Positions 56,761 through 64,000 of a stretch of 64,000 nucleotides of DNA are shown here, piece after piece. The notes under the pieces were generated by a model. The model saw only the letters and a list, made by a program, of their open reading frames with translations. It made no database searches and had not been told where the DNA came from. Origin of the DNA: Eledone cirrhosa (lineage: Eukaryota); NCBI GenBank assembly GCA_964016885.1, contig OZ024740.1, forward strand, positions 93,186,001-93,250,000, read 5' to 3'. Every line of letters starts with the position of its first letter. Positions within the stretch are counted from its first letter, which is position 1. Position numbers and translations under genes: made by a program.

Positions 56761-56789
<29 letters not shown>

Positions 56790-56798
<9 letters not shown>

Positions 56799-57463
56799 AG
56801 GTTTACATATGTATATATATAAAGTCATAGATATATATGTGTTTTGCAACGGGTCACTTTGTGCCTCAATGAAGAATTAATAAAATAAATAATAAGAGAT
56901 ATATATCATAAAACATGTCTATAGAATCACCAGATAACATATATACCGTTTCCTCTCCCAATTAGCATAATTAACCATATAAAAATCAATTAGACCAAGA
57001 TATAAGAATAAAGGCTCCTATGAAGAAATCTCCGACAAATAACCGAAAGCAGCGCTTCGCGGCGGTTGCGACGGAGTATTTATCGAGTATTTCTACAGCG
57101 TGTATAAATCGACCAGATATAGAGTCAACTAAACAGAATTAGGTGTAAAATAAACTAGAAGAAAAGTGTACATATTATAAACCTCTACCATGGTTTCGTC
57201 CGCATTTTAAGATATCCGATAACATTGGAAATCTTGAGCTTCGGATTATTCAGGAGTTAGCTCAAATTTAGACAATTAATTTTCCAAAGTGATCGCGCCA
57301 AGAATACATTCAAAAATGGCTAAGAATCGTGACGTGGCAGCGGTCAAGTTAGAACGGATGTGATTAGTTGATTACGGCTTGTAGGCTTTTTGCTAGAAAT
57401 CGCAGCCCAATACAGCCAGAATTGTATCTCAAGCTAACGGGAGATTATTATATATAAAGGTTT

Positions 57464-57502
<39 letters not shown>

Positions 57503-58113
57503 TACATGTATATGTCTTTTGCAATGGGTCACTTTGTGGCTCAATGAAGAAATAATAAATTAAATATTCAGAGCTATATATCATAAAACATGTCTATAGA
57601 ATCACCAGATAATATATATACCGTTTCCTCTCCCAATTAGCATAATTAACCATATAAAAAATCAATTAGACCAAGCTATAAGAATAAAGGCTCCTATGAA
57701 GAAATCTCCGACAAATAAGCGAAAGCAGCCCTTCGCGGCGTTTGCGACGCAGTATTTATCGAGTATTTCGTCAGCGTGTATAAAGGCGCTTTCTAGCAAA
57801 AAGCCTACCAGCCGTACGCAACTAATCACTTCCTTTCTAACTTGACCGCTGCCACGTCACGTTTCTTCTAGTTTATTTTACACCTAATTCTGTTTAGTTG
57901 ACTGTATATCTGGTCGATTTATACACGCTGTCGAAATACTCGATAAATACTCTGTCGCAACCGCCGCGAAGCGCTGCTTTCGGTTATTTGTCGGAGATTT
58001 CTTCATAAGAGCCTTTATTATTATAGCTTGGTCTAATTGATTTTTTATATGGTTAATTATGCTAATTGGGAGAGGAAACGGTATATATGTTATCTGGTGA
58101 TTCTATAGACATG
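56790..58113 (-). mobile_element. ~659 bp HHR-bearing non-coding family: 1.5 tandem units plus an inverted partial copy
   Basis: TAAAGGTTTACA at 56796 and 57455; 57786-58113 is the reverse complement of parts of unit 1. Confidence 0.88.
57180..57258 (-). ncRNA. Hammerhead with one core substitution
   Basis: AACTC-CTGAATA-aTCCG..CGGAc-GAAA-CCATGG-TA-GAGGTT; palindromic ACCAUGGU stem III. Confidence 0.68.
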
Positions 58114-59123
58114 TTACAACGGATAATGATCGGGTTCTATGGTATGAAGATTTACCGTATCAGTTGTCATTCTACCACGATTCAATATGAGGTTAGAAAA
58201 TTAAAAACATGTTTGTTATGTCCATGTAATGCTGAATATATTCTTGATTTATTCACACTAAGGTAAAATCCTTCGACGGTTGACAATAAGATTCATATTT
58301 CAGTGTCTCATGGAGAGTAATGTATATTCGAGATTGATATATCTTAGTTTAGGATATATAGTGGTAACTGTTCGGTATGTTTACTTTATAACTGCAACAT
58401 ATGTTGTATGTAGTGTTACTGGTGCGCAGTTATACGAACCTGCTTCTGTCCATTGAATATCATCAGTGTGTTTGTGTGGAGAAAACAGAAGAACGTCTAT
58501 AGAAATACTTTCTCAATTTCAGTTTTCGTGGAAAATACCAGGTTAAGCATATTGATCCAAGGAGACAAAAAGAATCTCCCATTTCGATGTTTAAAAATAT
58601 CCTAGATATATACGTGAATACGACAAAATATTAATCACTACTGAAGTGCATTCAACAATGGAACAACAGAATACTGATGATTTCTTCCTGTCTCACAGTC
58701 TCTGTACGAAAGAGCAATTACTCACTAAACTCGATTTAAATACAACTCTATACATGGTGAATGTAATATATACGCATTTTGTGGGTAACGTGATTTTTTT
58801 CAATGGCAGAGGGCATAGATAATATTAACCGCATACAACCTATAATTTATGTAACACACTCTTTCAAAAGACATTTATGCAACACTCATTACCCCCCCCC
58901 CCACACACACACATGATATATGTTTATATATATATACATATTTATTTAGGTTTGTTGGTTCACCACCGGATAGAATTGGCCACTCCGTATGGTCAATCTT
59001 GATGTAATATTATGGAAAGTACTCAACGTAGTGCAGTTCACCCGTCTTCGTTTGTGTAGTTGGTGGTGCGAATACAGAGTTTATTATTGTGACACCAGTC
59101 CAGACTCTTGTTATTTTATTCAT

Positions 59124-59155
<32 letters not shown>

Positions 59156-60597
59156 GTAATAATAATAAATTTCAAGACTAAAATCACGAGATCCCGTTAA
59201 GGGTGAAAGCAGCGATTCTTTGGTTACACTTTAATCTGTTATTTTAATAAATATAGAAAAATATATATATGCATATATATTCATACAATGGGCTTCCATG
59301 CGTGTCATAAATCACGTCACCTCTCAATGAAAGAAGAAATTGATTTGACAGCAAGAAGAAGATAAACACACATGGTGACATACTCACTAACTATATATCA
59401 ACAGAAACAAAGATATGTTAAGAAGAATATGTCTCTGAAGCACATGATAACCAAATTAAACCAGATTATGTAATAAATCCATTTTGACTTTCTAAGGATG
59501 CATGCAGACATATCAATCGATTAAATAAATAATGTACTTAAATGTTTTGTAAATTGTGATTGGAAATACGCTTCAATAGCAAGATATAATGTAAAATCTG
59601 GCTAGAAAACATATACAGCACTCAAATGTGAGTCACTTTATCGTCTGTCTTCCAAATAGAATACAAAACGAGTGTTATAAGGTAAAAGCATATCAAATAA
59701 ATAATTTCACGTAAGAAATATAAACGGTTTGGAACAAAAATGTGGAATTCAGTAAAGCATTGACATATTTATCGAAAAAGCACATGTTTGGTAAAAACAA
59801 AAATGCCATGGGCATGTGATTTATTATCAGAGTTCAGTTTATGAAATATAGTTAAATCTTTCGACCAGAAAGAGAAAGGACGCGACGCTCTGAATAAAAT
59901 AGCAGATATCCATTTGAACTGAGAAATGGTATAACATTTTTAAGAATCACTCAACATAAAAACAGAAAGTGCAATAGTTCGAAAATGTTTCGGGAAAAAA
60001 TATTCAAGGAATTTATAATCATCCGAACATTTAATATCAATAATTAAACATTATGCCTGAAAATCTAGGAGCAGCTGATATTGTATATAAGTAATAACGT
60101 AAATATGAAGGAAATGAATATTATTTTAGTATTTCACAATTATTAAAATGAATCCAACACAAAAGAAAAGCATAAATCTATTTAGTGAAATATAGTAGCT
60201 AAATAAATGTTATCTATTTATCACCTATATAGCTTCATCTAAACAATATAAATGTACATAGAGACTGCTGTATCTAACGGAAACAGCTCATATTTTAGAA
60301 TGAGGGGAAAATAAAAATGTCTTCCATTTTGAGAAATAATGAAAGGATAGACATATATACATATACGTGATATACATATATATGTATATCACGTGTTAAT
60401 TCCTCTTTCCGCCTATATAGATTTTCTCATTTGCTTCAAACGCGTCTGGAGAACACTCTAGACATAATGGTGCATATCTATAATGTACAATTACTGCATA
60501 CTGATCAGCGATATAGTACAGTTGGTAATTCGAAGAAAAATAGGTATATATTTGTGTCTATTATTTCTTCTTATTTTATAGTTTGATATATATGTAA

Positions 60598-60649
<52 letters not shown>

Positions 60650-61740
60650 ATATATATATTTATATACAGGAAAAATGTACAGACCTCGACGGCAGAGCTC
60701 AAGCCGTTTCGACGGCTATTTCTCCACAAACTTTAGTCCAGAATTAGCCGTCAAAACGGCTTGAGCCCTGCCTATTACCTATTCTACTACCCAAAGCATC
60801 GCGTACTCTATTGTGTTATGGTCCACCTGGTTGCTTACCACACTTCCTTCATTTTATATATATATGTGTGTGTGTGTATGTGTGTGTGTGTGTGCGTATG
60901 TCTGTGTGTGTGTGCGTATGCATGTGTGTGTCTATGCATGTGTGTGTATGTGTGTGTGTGTGTGTGTGTGTCTATGCGTATGTGTGTGTGTGTGTCTATG
61001 CAACCGTGAAATTAACATACAGTCATCTATAATAATCGATATGATTCTAATTAGGTGGCTCTACATCATTAATTATACAAACGTATGGTTATGAATATTT
61101 AAAACAATAATCACGTCATAATATATCCTGAGAAACCGGTGAAAATTGCATGAGTCTGTTTCAGGAGTTTTCGGCAACAATGATGGTATTTACTCACTTT
61201 GTTACAAGACAAGAATAAGCTTAACGTTACATAGTGGTTTCCATATTTAGTATCGATAGGATATGCTTTTCTGAATGTAGTGCAACCTTGAGAGGTTATG
61301 AGATATAAAACTTATATATACCTCAATCATGAAACACGATATATTAACGAGAGTGTAAATAAGGATAGACACACCATATTCAATGTGCATCCCCGGACGC
61401 CATTTTACTCGGTATGATATGGATGTGAGGTTAGACAGTTGGTGTTTCTTACACAAAAAACATATAAACGTTTAGCTGAATAGTATGTCGGCAACGGAAG
61501 TGTAAATATGAAAAATACTTAATGGTGTCAGGCATTGTCACCACCTACTTAGTTAGCTGGGACATTATCACACATTAAAAAGAATCATAGCAATCTATTT
61601 GTATGTCTATTGTGCATAAACATAGCGTATATGCCTTATATACAGGCATGACATTTTTCTGCACTTGCTATAAATTAATTTGCGCCTCCGTCTTTAATTG
61701 TTTAGCTATTAATTTCAATAGTATCTGTATCATTTTCAAT

Positions 61741-61829
<89 letters not shown>

Positions 61830-62029
61830 ATAATAATAAATTTGAAGACTAAAAACCAAAGAGGGCTCGATAAGGATAAATATGTCACATATATAAGAAC
61901 CGTAGAGCAAATATTTATTAAAATAACAGATTAAAATTAAAGCAAAGAATCGCTGCTTTCACCCTTAACGGGATCTTATGAAACTAACAAAGTCAATCTG
62001 TAAACGCAGAACTGGATATTTCAAAAAAC

Positions 62030-63294
62030 TTTGCAACCGGAGGAAGACAGGAAGACGATACTTTGGTTCGTGGAAACGTTCGCTGGCAAAGAACGGGAAA
62101 AAACGAATAATACGTCATTAATAGGAGTAGTGAAAAACAATTATGCGCAAAGACAGAACCACGTTTATGGTATAAAAGAGGTCGTTTCCCCAACGCGGAC
62201 TGTGGTTTGTACCGTGGCGATGGTTTTAGTCCATGACTAAGTGCGGACCTCGTGCTTGCGACAGGTTCAGAAAAGAACTCACAGCCTTCTTTAAAGGATT
62301 CGACCACTCTATACAGTTTGAGGCCAATCTCTCGGTCGTTATTTACCTCGACGTTACCCTCAATTTATTGAATGGGTCGTATTACCCGTAGAGAAAGCCG
62401 AATGATACGCTTAATTAGATAAGTAAGCATTCCAACCATCCTGCCAGCATAACCAAGAACCTGGCAAGAAACGTTTCGTTGAGGCTTTCCCGTCTTTCCA
62501 CCAACGAGCGTGTTTTCAACGACCATTCCACTTATTACAATGAAGCTCTTGCTCGAAGTGGATTTGTCGATAAGGTAGCATATACAGAGTACGAAAGTAG
62601 ACCGAGAAGAAATAGATCCCGTCGCATTTGTTGGTATAACACACCATATATTATGGAGGTTGCCACACCATTAGCTAAGATCTTTCTTTCCCTTATTACG
62701 AAGCATTTTCCACCTACGCATAAATATAGTAACATTTTTGATAGAAATACTATTAAAATGTCTTACTCTACGACTCCTATCCTTGCACATAACATCACAG
62801 CTTCAAATTTAGCTAAACTACCTAGCCGTAGGAACACGTGCAACCCTGTAGTTAGTACTAACTGTAATTGTAGGAATTGGGCTGATTTCCCCCTATCCGT
62901 GAAATGCCTCTCTAGTAACGCTGTCTACAAATGTAAGGTTGTAACACCCACGTCCCGTAGGGCCTACATAGGGTTAACCGCCAATAGCTTCAAGCAGCGT
63001 CATTACATGCATATCCATTCTTTTCGTTACCCTCTAAGAAGTAATATGACGTCACTTTCAGCTTATATCTGGAGTCTAAAAGACAACCACACCCAATATA
63101 AGTTACACTGGGAGATCCTAGCTAGGGCTAGATCGTATAACGTTAATAAAAGACCATGAGACGCTGAGGCCCTGGAAATACTCTACGCCACAGACCACAT
63201 CATGAACAAAAAATCTGAGACAATTTCGGCTTGTAAACATAAATTGCACAAAACTTTCCTGTATTACAGCCCCACGTTATACCCTAACGGATAG
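62030..63294 (+). pseudogene. Naiad-like PLE (partial RT plus GIY-YIG), decayed
   Basis: GLYRGDG, YLDVTLNL, HSNHP, CWYNTPY, FDRNTIKMSYS, CNCR, VYKC..YIGLTANSFKQRHYMH, MNKKSE..CKH. Confidence 0.9.
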
Positions 63295-64000
63295 TACGAT
63301 CTATACGTGGATATTTTACGTCTTGATGTGGGAGCTAAGTATATGTTTTGTTTATTTCTTTGCTTATTTGCATAGGTAAGTATATATTACCCGTATGTTT
63401 TGTGAAGGTACGTATAACTTCTCGTACCTATATTTGATTGTTATGGCATATAATTTTATATTTTCTGGTACATAGGGTTTGGCTATGTGTATATGGGAGT
63501 TTTGCGTCTGTGTGAGTATGTAGGTTCGTACGTATGGTGGGTGTGTGTATATGTGTACTTCTTGTTTTATTTGACTTACGTCTCCGAACATTCGTGTATT
63601 TATATGTAGGTATGTGTGTGCGCTTGTTATATACGTATTTATTTATTTATATACGTTTATATAATTTTTTATTTGTATACACGCATACACACACACACAT
63701 TTATATGTGCGTGGTTTTGTATACCTATGGTAAGGTTTTGCGTATGCTTGTGTATGTACGTATTTGTTTGCGTGTATGCATTTATTTATTTCTATTACTT
63801 CTGTATTAGATTTATTTACTCTGTTCTTAACTCTGTAGCGGAGATTCATTTGGTCTCCTAGGTAGAATTTTAGTCTACGACTTCTGCTATACCATTTGCG
63901 TGGTTTTGTCTTTGCTTGTTATTGTTCTCCACGATCCACATATGACGTATTATCTTCGTTGTTTCGTTCATTGCCAGAGAACGTCTCTATGCACCACCTA

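Noticed and set aside
59280-60070. A-rich segment faintly resembling a LINE relic (also ~51400-51780)
   Set aside because: Too decayed to support any motif-level call.

Overview
AT-rich, microsatellite-dense eukaryotic DNA with no convincing host gene. The tRNA-derived SINE and the abundant (TA)n tracts suggest an octopus or other cephalopod genome (inference). Most ORFs in the track are translations of microsatellites. The window holds relics of Penelope-like retroelements (PLEs; Naiad-like and Neptune-like), a young near-intact L1/Tx1-clade LINE inserted in (ATT)n, CRE-like and other decayed retroelements, and a ~4-4.8 kb tandem segmental duplication. The main signal is several unrelated non-coding repeat families whose units carry hammerhead ribozymes (HHRs) and abut or contain (TA)n. 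(1) An 11-copy ~540 bp array (1-5968) has a minimal type I HHR, a covarying hairpin and an internal (TA)n in every unit, and is fused directly to an endonuclease-less PLE reverse transcriptase fragment. (2) A 617 bp array (53071-55928) has a candidate non-canonical HHR. (3) A ~659 bp family lies at 56790-58113. Together they look like a retrozyme-like satellite RNA system mobilised by PLE RTs and targeted to TA microsatellites. All RNA folds were read by eye and are untested.
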